Source: Clostridia bacterium (GTDB lineage: Bacteria; Bacillota; Clostridia; Oscillospirales; RGIG8002). From it: a stretch of 64,000 bases of DNA. The position numbers and the translations under genes were made by a program. The notes under the pieces are model-generated. The model ran no database searches. It was not told the DNA's origin and saw nothing but the letters and a program-made list of their open reading frames with translations. Positions 15,667 to 27,300 of this stretch are shown piece after piece. The stretch is taken from NCBI GenBank assembly GCA_017438525.1, contig JAFRVI010000023.1:2761-66760 (forward strand), given 5' to 3'. Position 1 is the first letter of the stretch, and each line of letters opens with the position of its first letter.

Positions 15667-17763
15667 ATGAGCGTGATAATTCCCGCGAAAGTAAGCGGTT
15701 CTTATATCAGTGCAGACAACCACGTCGCCGGAGCGCAGAGCAGCTTCAACGACGTCATCATACGCGCGGTCCTGGAGGGGGATTGGGCAGTCGGGGAAGG
15801 CGAGATAAAATCTCTTATCGCCACCTTTACCGACGCCAGGGGCGAGACCGCCTCGACGGTGCTGCTCCTGCCGAGTATGCTGGACGGCGAGGACAACGCA
15901 TATCTTATACCGATCCCGGTGGGAGCAAAAAAATACGAGGGCGATCTCTCGCTCGTGCTGACAGAGTACGAGCAGGAGCCGGGAACCGACGGCACCGCCT
16001 CTTTCACCGGAGACGGCAGCGGGAAGCAGTTCGTTATCGATACGATGCCCGTTGTGCTGACCGGTGTAACGGTGGGCGGCGCGGAGCTTGCTCCGACTCA
16101 GTGGGCGTATGAGTATACTACCGGTACGTTGACTTTCGCCGTCGCGCCGGCGAGCGGAGCGGTGATCGAAGTCGGATACAAACAGACGGTGACGGCGCGA
16201 ATCAGACGCACCGTGAACTGTTTTTTGCGCGTCCTTCCGGCAGATTATTCCGTAGTGACCGACGACGAGCTTGACAGTACGGTCGTCGAGCAGCTCCTTG
16301 CGGAGCTTTATATCACGCGAAACGCGAGGAACGAGGCCGTTGCCGCCAGGGATGACGCGGAAGCGGCGAAAGACGTTGCCGTGAACGCGAAGGAAGACGC
16401 GGTCGCCGCGAAAAACGACGCAATCGAGGCGAAGGATACGGCTGTAGCGGCGAAACTCGCCGCGCAAAGCGCGGAAACAAACGCGCGGCAGAGCTCAACA
16501 CAAGCGCTCAACTATAAAGAGGCGGCGCTGAGCGCGAAGACGGCCGCTGAGACGGCGCAGGCCGCCGCCGAAGCTGCGAAGGATATGGCTGTAAGCGCGA
16601 AAAACACCGCCGTTAGTGCGAAAAGCGACGCCCAGATCAGCGCAACGCAGGCGTTAAACTATGCAACGCAGGCGTTCAACAGCAAAGAAGCGGCGCTTAC
16701 CGCGAAAAGCAGAGCGGAAGCGGCTCAGACGGCTTCCGAGAGCGCAAAGGACGCAGCTGTCGCTGCGAAAAATGACGCAGTAAGCGCAAAGGACGCAGCT
16801 GTCGCTGCGAAAAATGACGCGGTGAGCGCAAAGGACGCGGCTGTTTCCGCCAAGACGGCCGCTGAGACGGCGCAGGCCGCCGCCGAAGCTGCAGCGATCG
16901 ACGCGAGCGAGAAGGCGGAGGTCATTCTCCCGATCGACTACATTCAGGATGAAATGCCGACGAATTATGACGAGAACGAGTACTGGTTCGCGCCGAGCGA
17001 GGGTAAGCTCTATTTCTCCACTTATACCGACGGCAGCGGCTACGCCTGGAACGACGTGACTGACGCAAAACTGAAAATGGGCAATATTTATGTCACCGGC
17101 AACGGACAGATCTACTGGTGTCCGTACGACGATCTGTGGGAGGCGAAGGCCGTTCCGGTCACGCATACGCATACCGTTTCGCAGATCACTGATTTCACGA
17201 GCGGCATCACGCGCAAGGCTGACAAGGTATCCGGTGCTGTAAGCGGTCATCTTGCGGGGCTCAACAGCAACGGCAACCTCACCGACAGCGGAAAAGCGAT
17301 AGCGGATTTTGCCGCAGCGTCGCATACGCATACCGTTTCACAGATTACCGATTTTCCGACGGTGCCCGGCTTGCCGGCGCCGACGGCAGCAGACGCCGGG
17401 AAGAGTTTGATGGTTAACGCGCAGGGTGAATACTTCCTTTCGTCCGGTGTGAATCATACGGTGAATATCGATATTGACGAGAATTACAGCCCGTCAGCGA
17501 TTTATATTGAGGAACCTGACGGGACAAAGCACCACGGCGCAGACTCAAGCGAGGTCGTGACCGTTCTCGATGGTGAAACGCTCAAGTGCTATGTAAGTTA
17601 CTCTGCGGATAATAACACCGTAAAGCTTAACGGCGATATCGTGGCGGGCGGCTATCCTTCGGAAGGGCCGGCGGAATACTTACTGAAGGTAACTGCCAAC
17701 GCGAGAATAACCGCGACCGGGAGTCCGGGTTCGTATGGGCTTATCTCGATAACGATGCAGTAA
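15667..17763 (+). CDS. Fibre-like structural protein with an Ala-rich repeat shaft and a C-terminal domain paralogous to that of 32342-33193
   Basis: The Ala/Lys/Asp repeat shaft resembles the lambda Stf N-region. HTHTVSQITDF occurs twice. The C-terminus GKSLMVNAQGEY...GSPGSYGLISI parallels GKVLMVNANGQYY...GSPGDYGHIFI. Confidence 0.6.
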   Translation: MSVIIPAKVSGSYISADNHVAGAQSSFNDVIIRAVLEGDWAVGEGEIKSLIATFTDARGETASTVLLLPSMLDGEDNAYLIPIPVGAKKYEGDLSLVLTEYEQEPGTDGTASFTGDGSGKQFVIDTMPVVLTGVTVGGAELAPTQWAYEYTTGTLTFAVAPASGAVIEVGYKQTVTARIRRTVNCFLRVLPADYSVVTDDELDSTVVEQLLAELYITRNARNEAVAARDDAEAAKDVAVNAKEDAVAAKNDAIEAKDTAVAAKLAAQSAETNARQSSTQALNYKEAALSAKTAAETAQAAAEAAKDMAVSAKNTAVSAKSDAQISATQALNYATQAFNSKEAALTAKSRAEAAQTASESAKDAAVAAKNDAVSAKDAAVAAKNDAVSAKDAAVSAKTAAETAQAAAEAAAIDASEKAEVILPIDYIQDEMPTNYDENEYWFAPSEGKLYFSTYTDGSGYAWNDVTDAKLKMGNIYVTGNGQIYWCPYDDLWEAKAVPVTHTHTVSQITDFTSGITRKADKVSGAVSGHLAGLNSNGNLTDSGKAIADFAAASHTHTVSQITDFPTVPGLPAPTAADAGKSLMVNAQGEYFLSSGVNHTVNIDIDENYSPSAIYIEEPDGTKHHGADSSEVVTVLDGETLKCYVSYSADNNTVKLNGDIVAGGYPSEGPAEYLLKVTANARITATGSPGSYGLISITMQ
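16741..16892 (+). repeat. In-frame 42-bp tandem repeats (16741-16782, 16783-16824, partial third copy) plus a 41-bp exact direct repeat (16537-16577 and 16852-16892)
   Basis: Read directly. They encode SAKDAAVAAKNDAV units and AKTAAETAQAAAEAA twice. Confidence 0.85.
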
Positions 17764-17773
17764 GGAGGCGCCT

Positions 17774-18124
17774 ATGAAACTACTTGACGCTATAGCGAAA
17801 GCGAACGAGCTGCGGCCGAATACGATCCGGGATGAGTTTAAGGCGCAATGGGTGAGAGAGCTTGAATGCGAAGTTGCCGAAATGATCGGCGCCGAAATGC
17901 CGGTTTTTGACTATCCGAAGGATACGGAGCTGCTTATGCCGGCGCCGCACGAATATATTTACGTTTACCGCCTCTGCGCGATGATCGACCAGGCGAACGA
18001 GGATACGTCGCTTTATGCCAACGATATGACGGTCGCCAACAACGCGTTCGTCGCCGCCTGCGCGTGGTGGAGGCGCGGTCATACTCCGCCCGACGTAAAG
18101 AGGATAAGGGGGCTTTGGGATTGA
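17774..18124 (+). CDS. Hypothetical virion protein (possible connector/adaptor)
   Basis: SD AAGGAGG upstream. Function inferred from position only. Confidence 0.45.
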   Translation: MKLLDAIAKANELRPNTIRDEFKAQWVRELECEVAEMIGAEMPVFDYPKDTELLMPAPHEYIYVYRLCAMIDQANEDTSLYANDMTVANNAFVAACAWWRRGHTPPDVKRIRGLWD

Positions 18125-19731
18125 GATATTTGCCGAAGCTGCCGTATCAGACGCAGCAGAAAGAAAGTCAGATCCTGCAGTTCCGAGGATTGGATCTGAC
18201 GGATAACTATTCCGCGGGGAGCATTGTTGAGTCCGAAAACATCTCCTCGAGGCGCTATCCGTATATCACAAGCCGTAACGCAAGGGAACTCGTTGAGGGT
18301 TACAACGTGGCGTTCTCTCTGACCGAGTGGGACGACCTCGTGGTCGTCGAACGCGGCAATCCGCTGACGAGCGAGGTACGGATAAAGATCGGAGATGAGG
18401 TCGTGCGGAGCGGCGGTATTTTACTTACCACGCAGCCGAAGCAGTTCGCCGTCGTCAACACCAAGCTCGTCATATGGCCGGACAAGGTCTATATCGATAT
18501 GAGCGAGCAGACGAGGACGCTGCGCCCGCTCGGACACAAGGTCACGGGCGTCGCCGGAACTTTCGACGCGGACGCCAACACGCTGACCGTTACAAGCGGC
18601 GACGTCAGCGGCTTCAAACTCAACGACGTCATCCTTGTCAGCGGCTGCGTGAATACCGACAACAACATCTACCTGCGTATATACTCCGTGGCAGGCAACG
18701 TCATCACCTTCGACGACGCCTATACCTCGCTCGTCCTCGAGAGCGGCAGCGAGACGGATATGACGCTCGACCGCGATATTCCCGATATGGACTACATCTG
18801 CGCGAGCGAGAACCGCCTCTGGGGCTGCTCCAGCGCGACGCAGACCATATGGGCGTCAGCACTCGGCGATCCGACGAACTTCTATACCTATTCCGGCCTC
18901 ACTACCGACTCCTACGTCATCCCCGTCGGCACAGACGACGCTTTTACCGGCTGCGCGGCGTATTCATCCTCCGTCCTTTTCTGGAAAGAGGAGCGGCTGC
19001 ACAAGGTCCTTGGAAGCAATCCTACGGAGTATCAGATATACACCTATACAATGGAAGGCGTTAAGGACGGATGCTACAAGAGCATCACGAACGTCAACGA
19101 TACGCTCTTCTACGTCGGCCTGCACGGGGTGTACGCGTATTCCGGGGGTTCCGCGCGACTCATCAGCGAGGCGCTGGGTGAGACGGCGTTTGATGACGCG
19201 GTCGCGGGGAGCGACGGGGAGAACTACTACCTATCCGCAAGGACGGCGGGCGAGTGGAATATGTGGGCTTTTTCTCTGAAGACGGGACTCTGGGTACGCG
19301 AGGACAACTCACGCGTTATCGACTTTGCCCGTGACGGCGTCGATCTTTATGCTATTATAGGCGGCTTTGTACGCAAGGTCAACGGCAGCGGGCAGATAGA
19401 CGGCGACACGCCGTGGTCGCTGACGTTCGCGCCGTTCTTCGAAACGACGACCGGAAACTACGGCGCGGCGCGTGCGGTTTTCACCAAGAAACGATACGGG
19501 AAGATACATATACGTGCGGAGCTGCCTGCAGGGAGCTTCCTCGTCGCTTCGGTCCGTCAGGACAGCGGCAGATGGACGGAAGCAGGCAGGATCGTCGGTG
19601 CCGCGAGCGGTGTGCACACTATGGTCGTTCCGATAAAAACGTGCGATAAGTTCGAGTTAAAGCTCTCCGGAGAGGGACCGTTCACGGTGCTGGGTCTGGA
19701 GCGGCTTTATAGGATAGGGAGTGAGAGATAA
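18121..19731 (+). CDS. Virion structural protein (start probably TTG 18121 overlapping the upstream TGA; ORF-track ATG 18064 less likely)
   Basis: Roughly 536-aa ORF with beta-rich repeats (YVGLHGVYAYSGG, YYLSART..WNMWAFS). No confident family assignment. Confidence 0.5.
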   Translation: MRYLPKLPYQTQQKESQILQFRGLDLTDNYSAGSIVESENISSRRYPYITSRNARELVEGYNVAFSLTEWDDLVVVERGNPLTSEVRIKIGDEVVRSGGILLTTQPKQFAVVNTKLVIWPDKVYIDMSEQTRTLRPLGHKVTGVAGTFDADANTLTVTSGDVSGFKLNDVILVSGCVNTDNNIYLRIYSVAGNVITFDDAYTSLVLESGSETDMTLDRDIPDMDYICASENRLWGCSSATQTIWASALGDPTNFYTYSGLTTDSYVIPVGTDDAFTGCAAYSSSVLFWKEERLHKVLGSNPTEYQIYTYTMEGVKDGCYKSITNVNDTLFYVGLHGVYAYSGGSARLISEALGETAFDDAVAGSDGENYYLSARTAGEWNMWAFSLKTGLWVREDNSRVIDFARDGVDLYAIIGGFVRKVNGSGQIDGDTPWSLTFAPFFETTTGNYGAARAVFTKKRYGKIHIRAELPAGSFLVASVRQDSGRWTEAGRIVGAASGVHTMVVPIKTCDKFELKLSGEGPFTVLGLERLYRIGSER

Positions 19732-20063
19732 TGGCCGACGTCTATCCGGAGGCACTGAACCCCGTTGATACCAGAGACACCAGGGAAGCGATACGGCAGC
19801 TCGAAAGCTACCTGAGGTACGTATGCGAACGTTCCGACTTTGCGATCCGGAGCATAGGCGGAGGCGTAAGCGTCGGGCTTGAGCAGCGGATAAAAAACGC
19901 GGAGATGAAGATCTCCGCAGACGAGAGCCGGATAACCATTCTCGAAGCACGTAAGGAGCTGCCGGACGTGACGAGCGCCGACTCCGGAAAGTTCTTGAGG
20001 GTAAACGCAGGCGGCGAGTGGGCTGCACAAGCCGTGCCGCCGGCAAATCAATACAGCTTTTAA
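19731..20063 (+). CDS. Small structural protein carrying a fibre-type motif (DSGKFLRVNAGGEW)
   Basis: TAATG overlap start. The motif is shared with the two fibre C-domains. Confidence 0.45.
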   Translation: MADVYPEALNPVDTRDTREAIRQLESYLRYVCERSDFAIRSIGGGVSVGLEQRIKNAEMKISADESRITILEARKELPDVTSADSGKFLRVNAGGEWAAQAVPPANQYSF

Positions 20064-20076
20064 GAGGTGAAGGGAT

Positions 20077-21333
20077 ATGGCTTACAATATGAACAGCGCG
20101 ATGGACGTGCATAAGTATTACGGCGGCAGCGGTACTTTTGCCGACCGACGCCGCACCTGGGAGGAGCTCGGACTTGGCAGCGCCGCAGAATACCAGGGCA
20201 CAGCTACGCAGAACGCGCAGCTTGTTTCGGCAATGAATCAGTACAGCGGCTTGACGAGACCGGCCGCACAGCCGGCGGCGGCGAGTTCGCCTGCGACGGC
20301 AGGAGCTGCGCCGTCTTCCTCCTCGGCGCAGCCGGCCGCCGCAACGTATAAATCGCAGAGTGACGAGCTGCAGCAGAAGCTGGCGGCGATCGCGCCGCAG
20401 CTTACGCCTTACACGGGCGACCCCGAGGCGATATACCGGGAATACCTCTCGCAAAAGGACGCGCTCGGTCCGTTCAATTATGACGCGAAAAATGATCCGA
20501 AATACCAGGCGTATGCGGCACAGTATGAGCGCAACGGGCGCAGAGCGATGGAAGACACGCTCGGTCAGGTCGCCTCAAGAACAGGCGGGCTCGCTTCCTC
20601 CTACGCCGCCGCAGTCGCACAGCAGCAGTATCAGCGGTATATGGCGGATCTGGATAGTATCATCCCGCAGCTCGAACAGATAGCATATTCACGATATCGT
20701 GATGAACAGAGCGATCTTGCGACAGAGTACGGTAACAGGATGCAGCAGGAGGCGCTCGGTTACAGCCGCTGGCGTGATCAGTACAGCGACGCGCAGGGGC
20801 TCTATTCGACGGCGAAGGCGGAAGAGGAACAGCAGTATAAATACCTCGCTGATCTGATCGAGAACGGCGGATACACACCCACGGACGACGAACTCCGCGC
20901 CGCGGGGATGACGAGGGACCGCGCAAACGCTTATAAGCAGATATTTACCCTCGCGCAGCAGGCGGCTGCGGCAAAGGCGAAGAACTCGAACAGCGGCGGC
21001 GGAGGCGGCAGCAGTTCCTCGAAGAAAGATACGGCGAAGGATAAGTGGACCATCCTCGACGAAGTCTCGAAGATGAAGGGCAATGATACCGCCAAACAGG
21101 ACAAGCTCGCCGATTATTATAATCAAGGCGTTCTGACGGAAACGGAAGTCGCCGAGATCGCCGGCTATCTCGATCTCGTTGAGGAAGCGGCGGTAGTGCT
21201 GACGGACGAAGAGCGCTTTCTCAAGAATAGTCCGGCACAATTCCTTCAAAAATTCGGCGTGAGCCGCTTCAGGGAAGTTTACGGCGCCAGAGCCGACGAT
21301 TATCTCAAGAAGCTCATTAACGTGCATCTTTGA
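20077..21333 (+). CDS. Hypothetical virion/internal protein
   Basis: 418-aa Gln/Ala/Tyr-rich ORF with an SD GAGGTGA upstream. No family recognised. Confidence 0.5.
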   Translation: MAYNMNSAMDVHKYYGGSGTFADRRRTWEELGLGSAAEYQGTATQNAQLVSAMNQYSGLTRPAAQPAAASSPATAGAAPSSSSAQPAAATYKSQSDELQQKLAAIAPQLTPYTGDPEAIYREYLSQKDALGPFNYDAKNDPKYQAYAAQYERNGRRAMEDTLGQVASRTGGLASSYAAAVAQQQYQRYMADLDSIIPQLEQIAYSRYRDEQSDLATEYGNRMQQEALGYSRWRDQYSDAQGLYSTAKAEEEQQYKYLADLIENGGYTPTDDELRAAGMTRDRANAYKQIFTLAQQAAAAKAKNSNSGGGGGSSSSKKDTAKDKWTILDEVSKMKGNDTAKQDKLADYYNQGVLTETEVAEIAGYLDLVEEAAVVLTDEERFLKNSPAQFLQKFGVSRFREVYGARADDYLKKLINVHL

Positions 21334-21344
21334 TGCACGTTAAT
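21316..21344 (+). other. Perfect 13-bp hairpin spanning the stop codon of the upstream gene, 25 nt before the giant gene
   Basis: ATTAACGTGCATC-TTT-GATGCACGTTAAT, with no T-run. Confidence 0.6.
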
Positions 21345-21369
21345 ACCTGATGTAATAAAGGAGTATCAT

Positions 21370-24300
21370 ATGGCAACTTTTGACGAAATCATCCGTAAGA
21401 GCCGCGAAAACCAGAGCGAGAGTTCAAACTCCGGCGGCGCGACGTTCGATGAGATCATACAGAAGAGCAGAAGCAGAAACGGGACTGGAACAGCTCCCGT
21501 TTCTTCTGCTACCCCCGCTACGCCTTTTATGCCGCTGAACGTGGGCGAGTTTTACGAAAAAGAGGTAGTGCCGACGGTCACGGCGCTTGAGAGGATCGCG
21601 CGCGAAGCAGAAAAAGCAAAGGCGTACAGCGATACTTCGGACAAGCTGCGCGGGTATACCACACTCCCGGAGGCGCCGATCGGTATGCCGAAGATACCTA
21701 ATCCGGCAGATAAACTCGTTGCTCAAGCGCAAGAAGTGGCTAATCAGCGCGAGAAAGAAATAAGGAAAGCTCTCGGCGGAAGAAATGAATTCGGCTCATA
21801 TGTCGCAGGAGCTACTGACGTTGATTATACCGCTCTTGCAAAAAAGACAAACATATCAGAAGATGAGTTGCGAAATTATGCTGCAGAAAACAGGAAAGGC
21901 GCGTACAGACAGGCGTACGAAATGCTTTCGCGTACAGACAGGGCTGATATAAACAGCTTTATTTACGATTCCAAGCGGTTTAATCTTACGGAGGATGAGG
22001 CGCGCGGTATTTTCGCAACGTACCAAAACAGCGATCTCAAAAAGATGCTTACCTCCAGCGATGGCTCAAATCAAGATGAAATCGTAAAGTATATCGACGG
22101 ACAAATACGCGATACAGGTGTGGGAGACCGTTATGGATACGGACCGAAAGCTATCTACAGATGGACTCCCGATTATGCGCTCGCTGTACTCAAAAACACC
22201 TCCGCGCCAGCGGAGGGTTACACAAAGGAAAACATAATGCGATATAAGGCGAGGGCGATAGCTCTTACCTGCATAGATCCTTCCTCTAACAAAAAATGGG
22301 AAAAAGAAGCAGAGGATATGTACGACGTCCTCTTTAACAATTTCTTCAGCGCGGATGAGGATCTGCTGAAGGCCGGCGACGGTTGGGGAAGGATTGCTGC
22401 GGATATTCGCACCGTGACACATCCGACTGCGGAGGCGATAATGCTCGGCCTTTCAAAAGGGATCGGGGCGGAGAGCGTAGCGACGCTTATAAACAGCGAC
22501 GTCAAAGAACAGAGCGACAGAGCGTTCGCGAAGGCTGCCGCTTTATCTCCGACCGCTGCGGAAATATCGAGCACAGCGGGATCTGTTGCGCTTTATACAG
22601 CCCTGGCATATGTTAGCGGCGGCGCAGCGGGAAGCATAGGAGGCGCGGCGGGTTCTCTTCTTAACATACCTGCGGCAAGCAGTGGACTCCGTCTCGCTAC
22701 GTCGGCTCTTAGTGGCGCTATGGCGCTCGGAGGAATGAGCGCCGTTCAAAACCTCGGAGGATATGTTACAGGCGATATTTCGCTTGGAGAATACGGCAAA
22801 AGGATAGGCGAGGCTGAAGTAACGGGCGCGGCGTCAGCGCTCGCCAGCGGGCTCGTCAGCTTGCGGTTCGACAAAGCTCTGACAGGGAAACTGAAAAGTG
22901 AGATAGGAACAAAAGCCGGGGTGAACTATACCACGGCCGTTCCTGATAATGCCTATGATGTTTTGTACGGCGGAAACAGAATGCCACTCGTGGCATCGGT
23001 AAAGAACCCGCAAACACCGTTTTATATCTTTACCAGAAATATGGCATCAGGGCTTGCAGGAACCGGTGCGTATATAGCCGCGAACGCGGCGGTTGCCGAT
23101 GAGAAGCAGAGCGAAGAGGAGATGGCGCGTCAGCTTATTTTCGGTTTTGTTACATCTCTTTTGCATTCCTTTATTTCCGCACACAGCTTTTCTGCCGGTC
23201 AGCGTGAATATGCACGCAGTATTGAAGGGAAAATAGCGGAAATCAACAAAAGTATAGATTCATTTAAGGGGGCTGCCGCGAATACCGAAGCCCGTGGCTA
23301 TGATCTATCCGAAGCGGCATCGAAACTCGTTCTGGAAATAGAAAGACTGCGCAGGGGACTGGTAGAAAACTTCATCGCGTCAGATCCGAACACGTTGAAC
23401 GATCTCGCTGTCACAGATTATTATCTCGTTGCGCTTCAGGAAACCCTCGGCGAATATGTCAAAATCGGAACTTATGGAGCTTCTGAAGCGTATATGACCG
23501 GTCTGCCCGAAGCTTCAGCTGTTGCTCCGATCACTGATCTGGTGGCGTATTCTATGGAGAGCGGGATCAATGACGGCGCGATCGGGGCAACGGAAGCAGC
23601 GGAGATCAACAGCGAATATATACCGGGCGCCGCTGCTGCCGCCTCGGAATCCGTGTCTGCTCTCACCACTACCGAGCAGCACCCTGCGCAGAATGCCGCC
23701 GCGCAAATTGCAATAGACCTTTCGCCCGCGCAAGCGCAGGCGGAAGGAGTTTTGCCGTCCGCAGAAATAAACGCGAGAAACGCGCAAATAACGCCTCCTG
23801 CGAGAAACGAGCAGGAGGCAGCGGCGCGCACCGAGAGCGCGAAGAGCTGGGAGATCATCGGGCGCGACTTCGGCGAGAACGGGCAGAAGGCGTTCGCGGA
23901 CGTTTTTGATCCGGAGCTTACGAAGGGAGAGCTCGGCACGCTCGCGGAGACATTCACGGCGTTTTATAACGCCGGCAAAAACAATACGGGACTTGACTCC
24001 ATTTCGCGCGAGCTGATGCAGGCGGCGCTCGAGGTATACGGAAACGATACGGACGCGGCGTTTGAAATGGAGCGTGCGGCCGTTCTTGCCGGCCGCGCCG
24101 ATGCTGAAATGAAAAGCAGCCTTGTCGAGGACAGGGCTGCTGACGATGGGGTTATTGATCTTTCGGACGATACCGAACTCGCGAAGAGAATTGCGGGGAA
24201 AAGTGGCTCTGAAAAGTATAACGCGATACGTGATTATATACTCGAAGAACTCAGCGGCATTGATGTTGTATTAAGCGATGGCAATAATGCGATTGTCGAC

Positions 24301-27300
24301 AGAAAAGACGCGCAGCATATTGCGCACAAAGCGGGGGATAAAAAGAGAAGGGCGATATCAGAGATTAAACGACTTGTCGAGCACGCGAAGCTTGTTGCAA
24401 CGGAAAAAAGTGTTGACAATAACAAATTTAGGGACTTCAGATACTATGAGGCCTCAGTGCGCTATCACGATAATACTTTCCCTGTATACATAAACGTCGG
24501 AATAGCGAAAAATGACGGTTCTTATCACATATACGATATTACGCATAAATTAAGAGCTACCGCCCACCGACTTAACGGTGTGGGGCGCGTCACTCAGACT
24601 TACGCCCTGGAAGCAGTACCTCTTACACCTGATATTATACCCGACAACACCGAAAAAGTCAATACCGTTTCTGAAAAATCTGATAATCCTGCGAATACCG
24701 CTATGACAATGGTTGAAGCGCGGCGTATGATCGAGACAGCTTACCGCGTCGGCGAGATCAAGGAGTGGTATGCTGATGAGGGCACCAACCAGACCGTTGA
24801 CGAATGGCTGAAGAACGTCGGCAGCGATGATATCGCAATGATTATTGAGAACGACTTCGATCTGCAGCGTAAGTATATTAACAGCAACACGGCTATCCTT
24901 GATGATGAATACCAGATAGAAGATGTCATAGACGCTTATAAAGCCGGCACGCTTGTGGGAAAGGAAAAGAAAAAGGCACAGCGGCTCGACATCAAGAAAG
25001 AGACCGGTCTGAAGGACGATCGCTTCTACGCGCCGCGAGAGATCGAGAACGCGAAGGAAAGGTTCGAGCTCGCGCAGCAGCGTATAACGAATGCGAATAA
25101 ACAGCAGGTTATCCAGGCGCGCGCGGATATCGTGCTATTCGCGCATAACCGCAACGCCGCCGAGCTGCTCGGGATTTCGCAGGCGGAGCTGAATAAGAAG
25201 CTGCGCAGTTGGACGCGCTACTCCGCTTCCGCAAGAGAGATCAGTGAACGCATCAACGCCGGCGTGCCGCTCGAGAACAGATGGACCGGCATTGAGAACA
25301 GCTCTTTTGTCAATCAGGCGTCTATATCGCAGAAGGATATCGATATGCTCGTCAAGAGCGTTACCGGTGATCCGAACGGCGCGGAGCGCAAATACATCGC
25401 CCGCGTGATGCTCGCGCTCGATACGCATATCGACTACAAAGGACTCAACTTCATATTTGAGTCAAAGGCGGAGCTGAATAAAAAGCACGGCTTTTCCGGC
25501 AGGACGAACGGCGTTTATAACGGATATGACACGATAGCTTGTAAGTATATGGCGCCCAACACCGTCGCACACGAGATGGGGCACTATCTCGATACGCGCT
25601 TTGCGCGTGATCTTGTCGGAGGAAGAGAAGACTCGAGGCATTATCTCACGAGGGGCGTCAATAAGGATATAGTCCGTGAAAGATACGGCGAAGACGGGGT
25701 AAGGTTTGTCGATAACTTCAATGTGTTTATGGACGGGCTGACGGACGTCAACGACGCATACAGCAGTTATTCCAACGACCGCGCCGAGGTATTCGCCCGT
25801 TTCGTCGCGCGCTTTGTGGAGTGGACGGAGAATGTTGCTGCGGGATACCGTATGAGCAACTATGAGTATAACAGCTACGACGATCATTTCACCACGGCAC
25901 AATACGTAGAGTTCGCGCGTTTGCTGCAGGAGAAGTCGTTGCTTGACGGGATGAGGGCGAATGGGGCTGTTACCACGGCCGAAGGAGCGAACACTTCGGA
26001 GATTAAACAAAGTATATCCAAGATCGTTGACGTGGACGGAAAAGACTACGGAATAGGCGTATACCTCGATTCCATTCTACTCGAAGGTCTTACCGACGCC
26101 GAGCGCAGCGATATGGTCAAGGAATATGTGAAGACGGAACTTGCCGGAAGCCATCTCCTCGCCTACAACAGCAACGGTGCACCTGTTGATGTCGCCATCG
26201 CCGAATACGGAGAAAGATTCACAGACGAAAACGGCAAAAAGAAAAAGGTTCTTAAAGAGCTCTATGGTAAGAATAACAAGTTTAAAGCAAAACAAGAATC
26301 CGTTGTCCTCGCCGACGAGCTGCTTCTCACAGCGAAGCAGGGTGAACCGGAAAAGTCGAGGAAAGCGCACGACTGGCTTGATAATAACGGGCAAAATGAT
26401 TGGGATTACTGGACGACATACATACAGGATAAAAACAAAACCGTCTGGCTTGCGACACTTAATATCGCGAACGCAACAGACGGAAGAAAAATCCTTTATG
26501 ACATTAACCCAATAAAAATGGTGGCGGAGGGCCTGTCATGGCCCTCAACAACCACCAACAAGTATACTACCACACCTTCTGCGAAAAGTCAAGAGGAAAT
26601 TAAAAAATATTTTCACGACGATGAACCGGCTGCCGTCGCCGACGCATACGCGGACCTGTGGAAGCAGCTCGCCGAGGCGAACCGCAAGCTGGCGAACGAG
26701 ATGGGCGACCTCAACTTCTCGAACCGCGAGCTGCTCGCAAACGCTCTCGAAACCGTCACCAAGGACAGCGCGGAGGCGCAGTTTATCGAAAGATACCGCG
26801 ATGAGATAAAAACGCTCAACGAGACGGAAGCAGAACTCAAAGAGGTGCGCGCCGAGTTGCGCAAAAAGATCTTCAGCGGAACCCGCGACGATGCAAGGAT
26901 CGAAGAGCTCACTGCACAAAGGAAGCATCTCGAAAACAAGCTCAACTACTGGGATAAGAAACTGATGACTGCGATCGAGGCGAGCAAGCCCCTGCAGCGT
27001 GTCGTTGAGCGCGAACGCGCGAAAGCGTATAAACGCGCAAGGGAGCAGGAACGCGCGAAGGTGGACGCGCTCCGCGAAGGCAGAGAGCTCCGCGAGGCGC
27101 AGGATCGCCTCCTGAAGATGCTCCGCCGCATCAACAATAAGAAGCTGTCGACCCCGAACAAAGCATGGCTCGAACAGCACTTCGGCGACATCTACACGCT
27201 TTCAAAGACTCTGACGGGCAAGAAGCTCGCAGCAGCGGAGGATATCAAGAACAGGATCGCCGCACTCACGGACGAGAACAGCCCGGATTATGATCCGAAC

